This document shows positions 20,601 through 27,510 of a stretch of 64,000 nt of DNA, piece by piece. Numbering within the stretch: position 1 is the stretch's first letter; each line of letters starts with the position of its first letter. The stretch covers positions 64,001 through 128,000 of IMG/VR virus record IMGVR_UViG_3300024269_000024. One strand, 5' to 3'. The notes below the pieces were generated by a model, which saw only the letters and a program-made list of their open reading frames with translations, did no database searches and had not been told where the DNA came from. The translations under genes and the position numbers were made by a program. The DNA is from a virus. Taxonomy: Duplodnaviria; Caudoviricetes.

Positions 20601-22623
20601 TGACAATATCTCTGCAGACTATGAGAACAAGCGCTCTTCAAGAGACAATACACTAGAACAATACGAAGCGTACAATTCTCTACTTGAGACTGATCTTGGC
20701 TTTGAATCTGAAAAGATTTATAACGCCATGATTGCAGAAAATAAACAAGTAATTACGATGCTTGGCCAGCAGCGCGATGCAATGCAAGCAGAACTTAACA
20801 AGCGCGTTGAATCTGGTGAAATCAAAAAGTATTCTCAAGATTGGTACGATGCAGTTAATGACATTGCGGCGGTTGATGTAGAACTTATTGAACTAAGAAC
20901 AGATGTAGAAGATCTACAAGATTCAATCAATGATCTACATTGGGACAAGTTCGATGCGCTAATTGGTAGGCTTGAGATGGTTTCTGATGAGGCAGAAAAT
21001 CTAATTGACATACTAAGCAACTCTGATGTAGTTGACGAAGCTGGTAACTGGACCGACGAGGGTATTACTCAGCTTGGCTTGTATGCTCAAAAGATGGAAG
21101 CCGCAGAGGTTCAGGCGAAAAAGTACGAAGAAGAAATTGCTTATTTGAATGACAATTGGGAGAAGCTTGGCTATACAGAACAAGAGTATATTGAGAAGCT
21201 TGATGAATTAAAGTCTGGTCAATATGATGCAATTCAGGCTTATCATGATACTAAAGATGCCATTGTCGATCTGAATTCTGAGAGAGTAGAAGCTATCAAA
21301 GAAGGAATTCAAAAAGAGATTGATGCTTACACTGAGCTTATTGAGAAGAAGAAAGAAGAACTCGATGCAGAAAAAGATCTTTACGATTTCCAGAAGAGCG
21401 TAATGGAGCAAGAAAAAGACATTGCAGACATACAGCGTAAGCTTGCAGCGTTGTCTGGTGATAACTCTGCTTCGGCTCGTGCAAAACGCGCTCAACTTCA
21501 GGCTGAACTAGCAGAAGCCAATGCTGCACTTGAGGAATCTTATTATGAGCGTTCAGTTTCTAAGCAGCAAGAGGCACTTGATAGAGAGCTAGAAAACTTC
21601 CAAGAAGCAAAAGACAAGGAAATGGAAGGCTGGGATGAGTATCTTGAGGATACAAATAAGGTCGTTAGTGACAGCTTAACAACTATACAAGCAAATACCG
21701 ACGTTGTATATCAGACACTCAAAGCTCTAGGCCAAGAGTATAGCTTATCTATCACCGAATCTTTAACGTCTCCTTGGAAAGAAGGAGAGTATGCAATCCA
21801 ATCCTTCTCTGAACAGTTTGGCATATCTATGAGCGCTACCGTTGAGGAGCTTCAAGCCCTCGCGCTAAAGTTCAAAGAAACAATGCTAGAAATTGAGCAA
21901 GCTGGAACAGATGCGGTTAATAACGTGCAAGCGAGTGTTGAAGGTTACACAAAGGCCGAATATAAAGAGCCTGTAAAGAAAGAAGAGCCAAAAGCAGAAG
22001 AATCTACCAAACAAGACACAAAAGAGGAAACGAAAACAATAAAGGTTGGCGGCAAAATTGATGCTACTGGCGCAAAGATTTATGATTCCGCTACTGATAA
22101 AACTGGCGAAAGACAGTATTACCGCAATGATCCAATTTATGTTGTACTTGAAGAAAAGAATGGACGCTTAAAAGTTAGATACCATAAATCTTCTAAGGGC
22201 GCAACAGGTTGGTTCAACAAGAGCGATGTTAAAGCATATGCCAAAGGCACTACTGGAGTATCACATGATCAGCTTTCTATCATAGATGAACTTGGTCTTG
22301 AAGAGATTGTCATGCATGCCGAAAATGGTAAGCTTGCCTATCTTACCAAGGGAAGTGCGGTAATACCACATGATATTTCTGAGAATCTTATGGAGCTTGG
22401 TAAGCTAGATCCGTCTATAATACTAGATCGCAACAAGCCGAAGATTGGACTGCCTGCAGAGATTCATAACACAGAAATTCATATTGACAATAGTGTTGCA
22501 GAGCTTATTCACATTGACAATTGTTCTACTGAAACATTGCCAGATGTTAAGAAAATTGTTAACGAAGCTCTTGAAAAGCACACTCAAAAACTTAATAATA
22601 GCCTTAAACGCTATACAAGATAA
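5617..22623 (+). CDS. Giant tape measure protein (5,668 aa)
   Basis: TP901-type TMP core (IDSALTELKKVT...LNEVGNNYAVSS..GSALRTISLRL..LAGKNRAN) at ~12580-13500. Coiled-coil rich, with AFxxG/ALVGELGPEL and YAKGT..IIDELGLEEIV C-terminal motifs. Directly precedes Dit and Tal. Confidence 0.9.
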   Translation: MANGNVLGTYEFQFNFNAKDAKKQILSISNDFKSQLQEMDTASSKMSVLSNIVGYLEKLDKALDQFKAEHKDDFKNMFAGLDDQLAGSLKSMLGMSMQDWDKLTGIKGRIDAAKANKAKLPELRAIAQDLNSLFTMIGDREFIDIDKMFKQGKGVNAKFDDRIKILSNALDEFYMSYQFVTNSIKDGFGTGGMAGISKMSEEAKQEAQALRDSARELRDAQQQMLMAQSDIHSAEKGNKGIQEKYRIDLTADAVRGLIDDYESLDSKLRDSKLSAKEYCDTLLQMSEVIIKLKNAQKAVEANEDFKGVLSNESGYTGGNTARPQDSFLSGSLSLYSKVLSKDLMDRRMGNQFAVYIQDIIDQKMQRFVELVPNIIGNGLSGTHGTGSGTGDGSGSGIGGLSLDKLKAELDKYKSMFEQSLTPDLEEDELVRLEEECAKIINGLVEICRLSESAGDEFRDIFVDYEEDNIDFNELTAQVTKFLGISDQISDSTFKGVGQHAVTATEYIHAMTNAIREMFDVLSKSSDIEYKALIGGTDIAIRAGQEGEISAKTTAEAFLANLMQDTDVEAHSHMGRGSFINAPDFLQAKRHQYGGLAKISAVIGGKDIVTLDLSKVKMEDADVAYKKLQEVTSGSGRTEIPVEELNKILTDINPEYTDVARKWDPSNFRELATYIYSVKQSAEQSIGPLEKLQQLLNVLAHSKVINYSKYSDMLNGLTKDNVGEVFNHIAKAEGITEDNETLQVDAGDISTISVDALIADIQRKKDLLDEKRKALQITYQEIEDIAEKYAKTRSSKDSEERNFFKQYFHASELPELDKLFIDKASGDIGMSDVVKNIAARFGVQEPSHAEETVQQSAEEQAEAIEYAKKILTKAWQDYYKAAQDAKEAGIRIEDGEVSEEMQNIQNSITKMVDQWKTRLPNGKDASWHLAALDGYITDEKEAWTFDEIKHKISEAFDDNKITLGIPLDEIKKQASGLEELQEEIKSTAQAAEQTGEATKNAQAATATSEAEVAQMGELAGKVKEVTESVEAKTRAFGEEAVAVDEVVTKEIESLDRLKEYLENLQRLISQIFSGEQLKIGELDGIDENEKSNTGKSSIPGLLGEISAHLSSICGILEGVTGVKSKGEDSVTKTKPVVEDAIGGDGLDDQDFGVLNQMLGALKEISGTLTAMKSDVDSGDTSKKSYAFDDTLQQTNVILNNILGAVKNEVQEGKNISNVQESISKLINALTPAVSTLYDVASGIVQAQERTKTSTSLAQARIANNQTRNDLVATALGAVDYKKINGGSSKVTAMIPRTDGIVEMVGYIQTATDEWEQFTLQVDEANKVSILAYDVNGRAAKEAARAAKALKKEEENNPKYNPLDTAKKAREELRKRGADDTETTVQFKDSGRYTVTSKKTIGNLSQEIFQTFDEDVKAMERTTVTVSDHIATELARAHKFITDNSANIDSKLLQDYKSAHDMLVNTDWEGNNDLDGWNKQIELVKHLGKEVQKVIEAKRKLNEQPNAVANDTRLKAYLAQVNDAFKSTGIDVNAPKTKEEEAIVAARDAALNKLLEVKTVQGNLVDLNGQEKQAVDAVVKALTDKTSAYIQTKKNAEAAKQAQDALNNIPTAKSDQAKNLKDFTDNLKNSNLLTADLSGRLTDINSQLNNVQTPDQLDEWIEKFGKLQTDIETFMQSLKQAGIVGGKSKVDDTQQFILDNIDDVTNDNLFNAYADAHAELVDIQNKYAKQPSLSQADIDAWKSQIDHVRLLGDQIEKLIIKRQQLAAQPGVALSAEKLGKYQSDAKSMLKDSGFDINKEEDDVVYKKIKEIYGKIHDKTKELQGSKAVLTDDQIAEFNSLMANLETWTKRYSQRRQDEETRQKFNQDKLSQQDAFDKYKNGLSGMGDMSDEVKHKLEQLGEELKKIGDQDALDAWKKSFEELQSTVSKGSLSEMADLKRQTSAQVRGLDFKDTDTDLDDEQKEIIALRKQLMTQIDEYVAKVKNGETAEINGINATKEALNEKIRLYKEAHNTSEQKANQGVYTGELNKYKRDINKAMNNIGFNATDESLEGEQKKIADMYMRMRVQIEECTAAAKRGEEVQLSGIRDIVAELQKEINLYKQANGIFDNNKVNRDVAKAERGYNLATYNSKAYSGSEVITEKLQKYKAALDDLKDLQKKANSVEGLTADEATKFDHLIQQCNRYAQAIDGVIQSSDKLAKSQKTIDVKPVKPGTNVDDIHKIQNALEGYVNETYDAKAAIDGFNSDTNTLTFTVKEADGTIRRYAASLNAAKTAIVTTYEGVGKETSLLGELFGGLKRKMKELWTYAAARLGVDELIQAIRTGIQYVREIDSALTELKKVTNETDATYSRFLQNMSKTASVVGSTVKDLTTMAAEWSRLGYSLEESAELAKNTAILLNVSEFTDATQASEALISTMQAFQYTADESGHVVDILNEVGNNYAVSSDGIATALKDSASALMEGGNNLEQATALVAAANRVVQDPNSVGSALRTISLRLRGTSVEVLEEMGEATDGVVESTSKLQEKLKALTGVDILTNTGAYKDTYTILKEIGSVWQDLGSLDQAAALELMAGKNRANTLSAILNNMSDLEGAYESAMSANGSAIRENETYLDSIEGKISKFNNAVQTMWMNFMNDDAVKWIVDLGTATIKLINTLKLVPTAAAGLTAIKTFSVSAKDSLSALGEGLSGLITNFGKEGVKNLGATIASQAGSILGSLGKGLLFGGAAYVLTTGISHIITAIDKLAHSTERAVERADEALNKYSDKQKELKDQKTTVDELSDSYIRLSSGVNTLTNDNIGLTVESYEEYLDVVNQIADLHPELVAGYDAEGNAILTLKGRVDQLADSYRKAQEEAALELLTSKNKTDIWKKYTSGMDTGVQYIDENSGKSGWGSVWQDVTADNQKDIVEAILAMSNEELTQFYEYDKTGNDDMWGILRKQLSDMGTVLDEGLVYAAFNKGFSIGDDELHSLDTYKAYFINQLSTLNQTISESMSGIRQTVAASLVFDPIYQQLDSESQDLVNILINNLDPKLIADAGVKSTQGLIEWFSGNVIAQIDENSNLYNDITDASNNLMKAMADGDSDAYQEAKSEWSSLVENMERDVNGNIQIDPDADIVTQYLQQLAKDIENQSKNYEVKLQMQMDFDSAKYIDDIVDDTNEKARRAFFEDLELGENATMQDLYEKIGTSLNDGNGVLRVDEVQSAYQAFLNGDMNDWSMPQREAIVALDQVVKMYGTDIDTVISQLVELGYVSKSINDIASFSLASEKTNEAIDAFQDTISSLKDAWGSLNSKEMTKSEFIDLAQEFPELMKDVDLSDDNWMVRAKENIEALNAVKVDDFVKSLEEMKEAMIERGEDQAAIDMVDSFINYAKEARAINEVTNAQAEYYRLVRSYGDEVRGPSIANVNEETTASIRKQIEAIKESINQYERLEDTLLGTTSAFDRFAKAQEADSKNTYGEQYIEMAQTMYDALYKTGEVGSEAFWAAVRAYVPDDEYVHLLPGKEQLNAIRDYLNDNVFSSLTFDEGAFSIDYSSIEKFVEKAQSVGVFTGTDSNAFGLSADFINNLQKDEDALEKFADQMGMTATQVYAMLAAMDQYNANGVGLSMLLQLDTSTAGQITLVTSQLEQLYTQREALLKQGTDDVALGYNMDEIAATEAQLGSLQQQAVESVKAYAMVENALKATEEKVATVLPESIYTEIGLTGEENVKDVLQTIEGYLIKISEPAVVELEIARQEIEDLESTDPTITAHVKIDDDGLYELINEEDYHGEIDLQHYVDLKNAESLIDKSLSENLTKSETYLSEIAENTRIMAGENDTDNAPEESNGNDVSTDKNPVHGGAGGKFGKPTIDTEATELHLNTMKDFYNLGEAIAKERAMLSSKGAMDFLQQSTYDNLGKLQKEATEIYDKLNEGAMSAEEAIPKFSELLSQAVKFGIKQPSAPSIAEVPSWLDVTSPEGKLFGDAILGRTNNGADSMMPQYGEAYTDPATIAPEQVVITDSNLQIDGADNKIEGPDVQQYDTFIKELETFDPNALLPAEKIQDMGLKEIADEAITAGDALEYFANKKQDAMVPGTAGALFDATAIKEGVLTYSELQNEVTSFNELLDQTDEIIGDNTEVTQAYRDLLLEMCETEQERADVKAQFDEHDGKLIVKNSRALKKLVREKKKELASDVKLAKAHAQLEYYDLYKQMHDLVNSTEVMDSTTLNYINSLYEEMGAIQRTIAKYSMLEAQLLGTSNAYDKLAEAQEADAATDYGSKAEELMGVLGEAFTTGQLGTQAAQVAIEGLVPESVYQDVDDLDEKMKKIYKYFTGGEVSKLFTVKYTEEGELESVEMTEKNVEDYTDSLFKKTVDSALGEGTVFQGTWDEFTLNPAIQTLEDFAKACGLTEEVAFAFLTELEKYDINWLGGDFETLLDQLMGDDLAYGIQEATKAMADQEIKMAELRKKVADGELSTGDQEYINAQKEYDVAQAELESKEEQAIVDVTDWSNKTKALEEQKKHLEDLAKDYEELKASDMNADEKEEELERLNAEMDSTTETIDGLISDLDELGAPTEFVIEVASAEAQENIDKFKEKWEGAAEDGDKKAVKITAAVEEIDTAGLDGLEKLGFTQNSDGTWEAGADVKIKGWSELDTASQQEIIDYINMLEEQHTIDLLLGGGTKTVEDHLSDISRTLEHIAQLFDPTYTIDVNTKNAQSKISTFKTSWDGIKSKTVTVWASIKKTASSLWNQLTGRGGVNGTAHVQGTAFKSGSWGAKETETALVGELGPELLVRGNRWTTIGENGAEFRDIRKGDIIFNHKQTEDLLSKGYVTGRGKAFAEGTAYAGINTWTDTVKGSQSYNSTLGKEISNSASKLSKAASDISKSSDKLSDDFKEIFDWIEVRIEEITEDLDLKSAKLENANGSKNQNVIIDDMIDLNKHLYDNLTAGASKYYEYAAKLLEKVPSEYRDAAQNGSIAIESFVGKVGESTLEAIQDYREWVQKGADATQQAEETLTEISSLAKQAIDNISADYENKRSSRDNTLEQYEAYNSLLETDLGFESEKIYNAMIAENKQVITMLGQQRDAMQAELNKRVESGEIKKYSQDWYDAVNDIAAVDVELIELRTDVEDLQDSINDLHWDKFDALIGRLEMVSDEAENLIDILSNSDVVDEAGNWTDEGITQLGLYAQKMEAAEVQAKKYEEEIAYLNDNWEKLGYTEQEYIEKLDELKSGQYDAIQAYHDTKDAIVDLNSERVEAIKEGIQKEIDAYTELIEKKKEELDAEKDLYDFQKSVMEQEKDIADIQRKLAALSGDNSASARAKRAQLQAELAEANAALEESYYERSVSKQQEALDRELENFQEAKDKEMEGWDEYLEDTNKVVSDSLTTIQANTDVVYQTLKALGQEYSLSITESLTSPWKEGEYAIQSFSEQFGISMSATVEELQALALKFKETMLEIEQAGTDAVNNVQASVEGYTKAEYKEPVKKEEPKAEESTKQDTKEETKTIKVGGKIDATGAKIYDSATDKTGERQYYRNDPIYVVLEEKNGRLKVRYHKSSKGATGWFNKSDVKAYAKGTTGVSHDQLSIIDELGLEEIVMHAENGKLAYLTKGSAVIPHDISENLMELGKLDPSIILDRNKPKIGLPAEIHNTEIHIDNSVAELIHIDNCSTETLPDVKKIVNEALEKHTQKLNNSLKRYTR

Positions 22624-22631
22624 AACAACAT

Positions 22632-22663
22632 GGAGAGGGTCGAAAGATCCTCTCCTATTTTAT
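22632..22663 (+). terminator. Stem-loop / terminator after TMP
   Basis: ggagagggtc-GAAA-gatcctctcc followed by tattttat. Confidence 0.7.
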
Positions 22664-22695
22664 ATTAAATAAAAAGAAAGGAGCTGAAAATCTAT

Positions 22696-23913
22696 ATGTC
22701 TTCATACTATCCTTCATTTTCGTATCTAGGGATCAACTCAAGAGACAAGGGACTCGTAGTTTCGCATTTTGATGCAGACCAAGGTGAGTCTGATACTTTT
22801 CTTGGTATGGAACCAGTATACACTGAAAGCGCAGACGGTTCGCGCAGACTAGATTATGGCGCAAAATACAATAACGTTGCTGTTTTTAGGATTACGGTAA
22901 TCAAAGAAGATGGTGGCGATTTCTCAGTTAAAGAAGTACGTGATAATCTACGGTGGCTTACGGGCGCAAAATCAAACTCATCACTAGACTTATTTGAAAA
23001 CTTTGTGGAAGAATTTGTAAGCGATGATAGCAGATGCACTTTTGAGTTAACAAATTACTGTGACAATATTTTTAATGTTTACGTCAATGGCTCTATATTC
23101 AATGGCTACATAGGCACTGGAAGCGACGTTAATAAAACTAAGTCTTCTATCACTTTATCAAACGTACCTGGTGTGCAACCAGCATTAAAACAAGGTGATA
23201 CTGTCAAAATAGCTTATGGCAGAATCAAGTATTCATTTACTTGTCGTGTAACAAATGCATGGCAATATAAAATGGATGCAAGAACAGTAGGTCTTATTTT
23301 AGAATTCACATCTATTTCACCATGGGCTTATTCTGCAAAACAGGTTGTGTCTGCTTCGATTGACGGCTCCGCAGCTTTAACAATTGACAATAAGACAGAT
23401 GATTTGTATGGCGCTACGCCTGTAAATGTTATATTTGAAAATACAACTGGTGGCTCATTGGTGATAACAAACAATGCAACTGGGGACATAACAAAAGTAT
23501 TTAATCTCAGTGAAAATGAAACTATTACTATGAGCAACAACATGATGATTTTATCAAGCGTTCCCAACAAAACATTTGGAAATGATTTTAATTTTGTTTT
23601 TCAGCGGCTGTATGCCAACCAAAATAAATTAAACATAGATGGCACTGGAAATATTACATTTGAGTACGTGTATGTAATAAAAATTGGCGATTGCGCTATG
23701 GATATTAATGTTATTTCAGACCCGATATGTAACGACAACGGAGAAATTATTCTAGATACTCTTGATTGGAGTAGGATTACTGGAACACCTACAACTTATC
23801 AGGCATATGGAATAACAAATGTATATTCAAAAGTAGAAGTAGATATGCTCGTTGCGGGTATTGAAATAGATGAGGATGAGCTCAGTAGAATGCTGGTCGA
23901 AGAGCTCAATTAA
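22696..23913 (+). CDS. Distal tail protein (Dit-like) with inserted domain and C-terminal extension
   Basis: SFSYLGINSRDKGL N-terminus, F...SPWAYS, L....N.L.I.G...ITFEY; position immediately after TMP. Confidence 0.75.
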   Translation: MSSYYPSFSYLGINSRDKGLVVSHFDADQGESDTFLGMEPVYTESADGSRRLDYGAKYNNVAVFRITVIKEDGGDFSVKEVRDNLRWLTGAKSNSSLDLFENFVEEFVSDDSRCTFELTNYCDNIFNVYVNGSIFNGYIGTGSDVNKTKSSITLSNVPGVQPALKQGDTVKIAYGRIKYSFTCRVTNAWQYKMDARTVGLILEFTSISPWAYSAKQVVSASIDGSAALTIDNKTDDLYGATPVNVIFENTTGGSLVITNNATGDITKVFNLSENETITMSNNMMILSSVPNKTFGNDFNFVFQRLYANQNKLNIDGTGNITFEYVYVIKIGDCAMDINVISDPICNDNGEIILDTLDWSRITGTPTTYQAYGITNVYSKVEVDMLVAGIEIDEDELSRMLVEELN

Positions 23914-23934
23914 CAGTTAGGAGGAAAAGGAACT

Positions 23935-26900
23935 ATGTTATTGCCTAAAGACATATTATCGGGCACATATAGAAAACCGGACGTTTATCTATGCGAAGCT
24001 GACAAGTCAAAAATATGTAAGCTAGAAACATCTAACATGTCTGGTACTTTCAAGTTCAATGCCTATAGCGAACTAACTTTTGATGTGGCTCGTGTTTATA
24101 ACGATATTATTACTGGTTCGACGCAAGTAAACCCATACTACAATAAGATTGAAGCGTTGCGCCTTATCCTCTTAGACGATTTCGGATATTTCGAGATACA
24201 AGACCCAGAAATTGATGGCGATGGCATTAAAGAAACTAAATCACTTGTAGCTTATTCTTTGGAATATACATTGTCACAAAAATACTTAGAAACGTTTTAT
24301 GTAAACAGGGGCACAATCGATTCGGTTGAAGTGCTTTATTTAGAAGAACAAAAGTTAAATAATCAAAATGCAACTCTTGCGCCAGTGACTTTTTATAATC
24401 AAAATGTCCCAGAATTGAGCTTGCTACACTTGGTTTTAGAAAAGGCATATGGGTGGACAATCGGTCACGTGGACGACTCTTTAAAAACAATGAGTCGCCA
24501 ATTTGAAGTTGACAGAGAGTCTATTTATGATTTTATCATGAATGAAGTCTGTGAGAAATTCAATTGCTATGCTATATTTGATACATTCAAAAATGAAATT
24601 AATTTTTACGCAGAAACATCAGTGAATAAATTTACTGGAGACGGTATTACAAATACATTTACTGTTTATCCTGTATTCTCAGAACTTGGAACAGTATCGA
24701 TTGATGGCTATAAAACAATTGATTATGAATATAACAATATCACTGGTGAGTTAAAACTTGGCGCAACACCACCATTTGGCGCAATGATTGAAGTGACTGA
24801 TGGCTCATTAAGTTCTTGGGAAACTGACGTATATGTTACTTTTGATAATTTAGCGCAAGAAATGCATATTAGTTATCCATCGGACGACATCAAAACGGTA
24901 TTAACCGTTAAGGGTGCAGACGATCTTGACATTAGAGAAGTAAATAATGGACTACCATATATTGTTGATCTATCTTATTTCTATAACGTAGACCGAATGG
25001 GGCAAGATTTATACGATAAATATACTGAATATTTGGCAAAATGCACAGCAAGTCAAAATGAGTATAAAGAAAACTCCCAAGAGATTATAAAACTTTCAAA
25101 CAGAATCCTGTATGAAACAAATAGACTTTCACTGCAATATCGTGAGCCAGAAGAGGTTGTAACTTCTACGACAGTTGGCACTTATTACACTCGTCACGAA
25201 CATACCAGTAGCGCTGACGGAAGTACTGTATATTATTATACTGAAGTTTCATTACCTGCAGATTATATCGAGGGTACGGAGTATTATTCTGTAGCGAGCA
25301 TAAGTTTGAATGAAGATAAGTTTTCCAATCTGTATGAGGCGTTACAAAAATATTACAAATCTTATTTTTATACTGGAGAAGTAATTGAAATTATTGGTGA
25401 AGATTCGACTTTAGTGGATGATTTTTCTTTTATGGAAGAATACAAGATAAATGGTGAAGAAACGTACACAATAGAACAGCTAAATACAACATTAAGTTCC
25501 ACTGAAATATCCGCCGAAGATAAAGATGCGGTAGTTCTAAAATTTTTAAGCGCAATATGGGATCAGCTTGGTTTAGAGCCGCTTAAAACATCATACCTAG
25601 CCCCATACAAGAAAATACAGACAGTAAATGCAAGCGCTGGGTGGTCTGAAAAAAACAATGATAATTACGGGTCATATTATCTAGTTGTTTTAATTTTAGA
25701 ATCAATAGAAGATGCAATCAACAAGCAGCATGCAAATATTGATCACTTGAATAACATGATGTCAGAATATAGTGATGCAAATGCAAAGATTAGCGCAAGT
25801 TTATTGATAGACAATCCTGACAACTTTACGCCAGCGCAAATTGTTCGTTTGAGTGCCTTTTTAAGAGAAGATGAATATGTTGATGACAACTTTGCGCCCA
25901 CTGGCAACGAAAGCACGGAAGAGCTGTTTAAACTAAAGCAAGAGCTATTAGAGTGCGGACGAATTGAGCTATCTAAATTATGCGAACCGCGTTTAAAATT
26001 CACAATGTCGCTTGCCAATATTTATGCTTTGCCAGAGTTTGCCCCGATTGTAAACCAGTTTAAGCTTGGAAATTTGATAAAAATTGCATTGAGGCCAGAC
26101 TATATTAAGCACACAAGATTGATGCAAGTTAATTTTAATTTCGAGGACTTCTCTGACTTTTCTTGCGAGTTTGGCGACTTATCATCTGTTAGATCGCAAA
26201 CAGATTTACATGCAGATTTGTTATCACAGGCTATTAGTGCTGGTAAAACTGTAGCAAGTAATGCCAGCTATTGGGATAGTGGCACAGATACTGCCAATTC
26301 AATTGATGTTCGTTTGCAGCAGGGTTTGCTTAATGCGGCAACTGAAATTAAAGATATTGATGGCAATCAGCTCTCATATATTGATAAATACGGTATACAC
26401 TTGCAAGCAAAAAATCCTGACACAGGAGCAATAGAGCCCGAACAGGGATGGATTGTAAATAACAAAATCCTTTATTCCGATGATGCGTTTAAAACAACGA
26501 AGTCTGTGTTTGGTAAGTATAAAATTAGTAACAATGAAGAGCGATGGGGTCTGTTAGCCGATGCAGTAGTGGCAGGATACATTGAGGGCTCAACTATGAT
26601 CGGCGGTACAATTAAAATTGGCGATCAAGGTGATGGCTCATATGCATTTGAAGTTGACGAGTACGGAAATGTTACAATGGGTGGCAACAACCATGCTGCC
26701 GTTATTAAGTTCATGAATTGTGTTAATCCTTCTGCAGATTTTGCTGATCAATTTTTGGTTGCGTATATTGAATTATACCAAGATGGAAGTGTAGTAGATA
26801 AATCTAAAACAAGTAAATATTATGTTCTTCCTTCTGATTATAATGACAATTTGTCCAGCCAGGATCTTAAAAGTATAAATACTACAGATAACAAATACAT

Positions 26901-27489
26901 ATATTTTGTGCATCCAAAGACATCCGACAATGGAGCTACCACATACAATTTAATTCTTGGAGAGTATATTGATCAAGAAATAGGCTGGACAAAGATTGAA
27001 GAAGAATACTCGTATTCCTACACAAGCAACATTACAGAGCGTGATTCCAAAGTGTTTGTCATCCCAAATGTAACTTCGGCAAGTTTTAATGATGTTGAAG
27101 CTGTTATTTTTGATGATAATGGAAGAGCTATTGCAATTGCCAATGCGGACGCAGATATTGCGCAAATGCAAAAAGATATAAACAACTATTTTAAGTTTAA
27201 CCGAAACGATGGATTGATTATTGGTCAAACAAGCAATCAATTTTATGTACAAATAGAGCCAACAAAGATGGGGTTTCATGATAATAGTGGCACAGAGGAT
27301 GTCGAGGTTGTAAGTATAGGCGGTCAATCTGCAACAATTCAAAATGCAACGTTTAACGGAGATGCGCAATTTAATAATGATATATCAGTTGCTGGTAACA
27401 CAACATTTAATGGACAAGTCAATATGTCCAATAGATTTATTTGGAACATCGAAGAAAATGGCAGCTTGTCACTGTCAATAAATACATAA
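23935..27489 (+). CDS. Tail spike / Tal-like minor structural protein
   Basis: FNAYSELTFDV, WTIGHVD..L...RQFEV..SIYDF..E..EKFNC..FDT, and F.LGN.I...R... pattern; follows Dit. Confidence 0.75.
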   Translation: MLLPKDILSGTYRKPDVYLCEADKSKICKLETSNMSGTFKFNAYSELTFDVARVYNDIITGSTQVNPYYNKIEALRLILLDDFGYFEIQDPEIDGDGIKETKSLVAYSLEYTLSQKYLETFYVNRGTIDSVEVLYLEEQKLNNQNATLAPVTFYNQNVPELSLLHLVLEKAYGWTIGHVDDSLKTMSRQFEVDRESIYDFIMNEVCEKFNCYAIFDTFKNEINFYAETSVNKFTGDGITNTFTVYPVFSELGTVSIDGYKTIDYEYNNITGELKLGATPPFGAMIEVTDGSLSSWETDVYVTFDNLAQEMHISYPSDDIKTVLTVKGADDLDIREVNNGLPYIVDLSYFYNVDRMGQDLYDKYTEYLAKCTASQNEYKENSQEIIKLSNRILYETNRLSLQYREPEEVVTSTTVGTYYTRHEHTSSADGSTVYYYTEVSLPADYIEGTEYYSVASISLNEDKFSNLYEALQKYYKSYFYTGEVIEIIGEDSTLVDDFSFMEEYKINGEETYTIEQLNTTLSSTEISAEDKDAVVLKFLSAIWDQLGLEPLKTSYLAPYKKIQTVNASAGWSEKNNDNYGSYYLVVLILESIEDAINKQHANIDHLNNMMSEYSDANAKISASLLIDNPDNFTPAQIVRLSAFLREDEYVDDNFAPTGNESTEELFKLKQELLECGRIELSKLCEPRLKFTMSLANIYALPEFAPIVNQFKLGNLIKIALRPDYIKHTRLMQVNFNFEDFSDFSCEFGDLSSVRSQTDLHADLLSQAISAGKTVASNASYWDSGTDTANSIDVRLQQGLLNAATEIKDIDGNQLSYIDKYGIHLQAKNPDTGAIEPEQGWIVNNKILYSDDAFKTTKSVFGKYKISNNEERWGLLADAVVAGYIEGSTMIGGTIKIGDQGDGSYAFEVDEYGNVTMGGNNHAAVIKFMNCVNPSADFADQFLVAYIELYQDGSVVDKSKTSKYYVLPSDYNDNLSSQDLKSINTTDNKYIYFVHPKTSDNGATTYNLILGEYIDQEIGWTKIEEEYSYSYTSNITERDSKVFVIPNVTSASFNDVEAVIFDDNGRAIAIANADADIAQMQKDINNYFKFNRNDGLIIGQTSNQFYVQIEPTKMGFHDNSGTEDVEVVSIGGQSATIQNATFNGDAQFNNDISVAGNTTFNGQVNMSNRFIWNIEENGSLSLSINT

Positions 27490-27510
27490 TATAGCACTGG
27501 AGGTGATTAA

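Noticed and set aside
5865-21529. Numerous 60-120 aa antisense and alternate-frame ORFs inside the TMP, and similar shadows over other long genes
   Set aside because: No SD or recognisable motifs; expected shadows of long coding sequences
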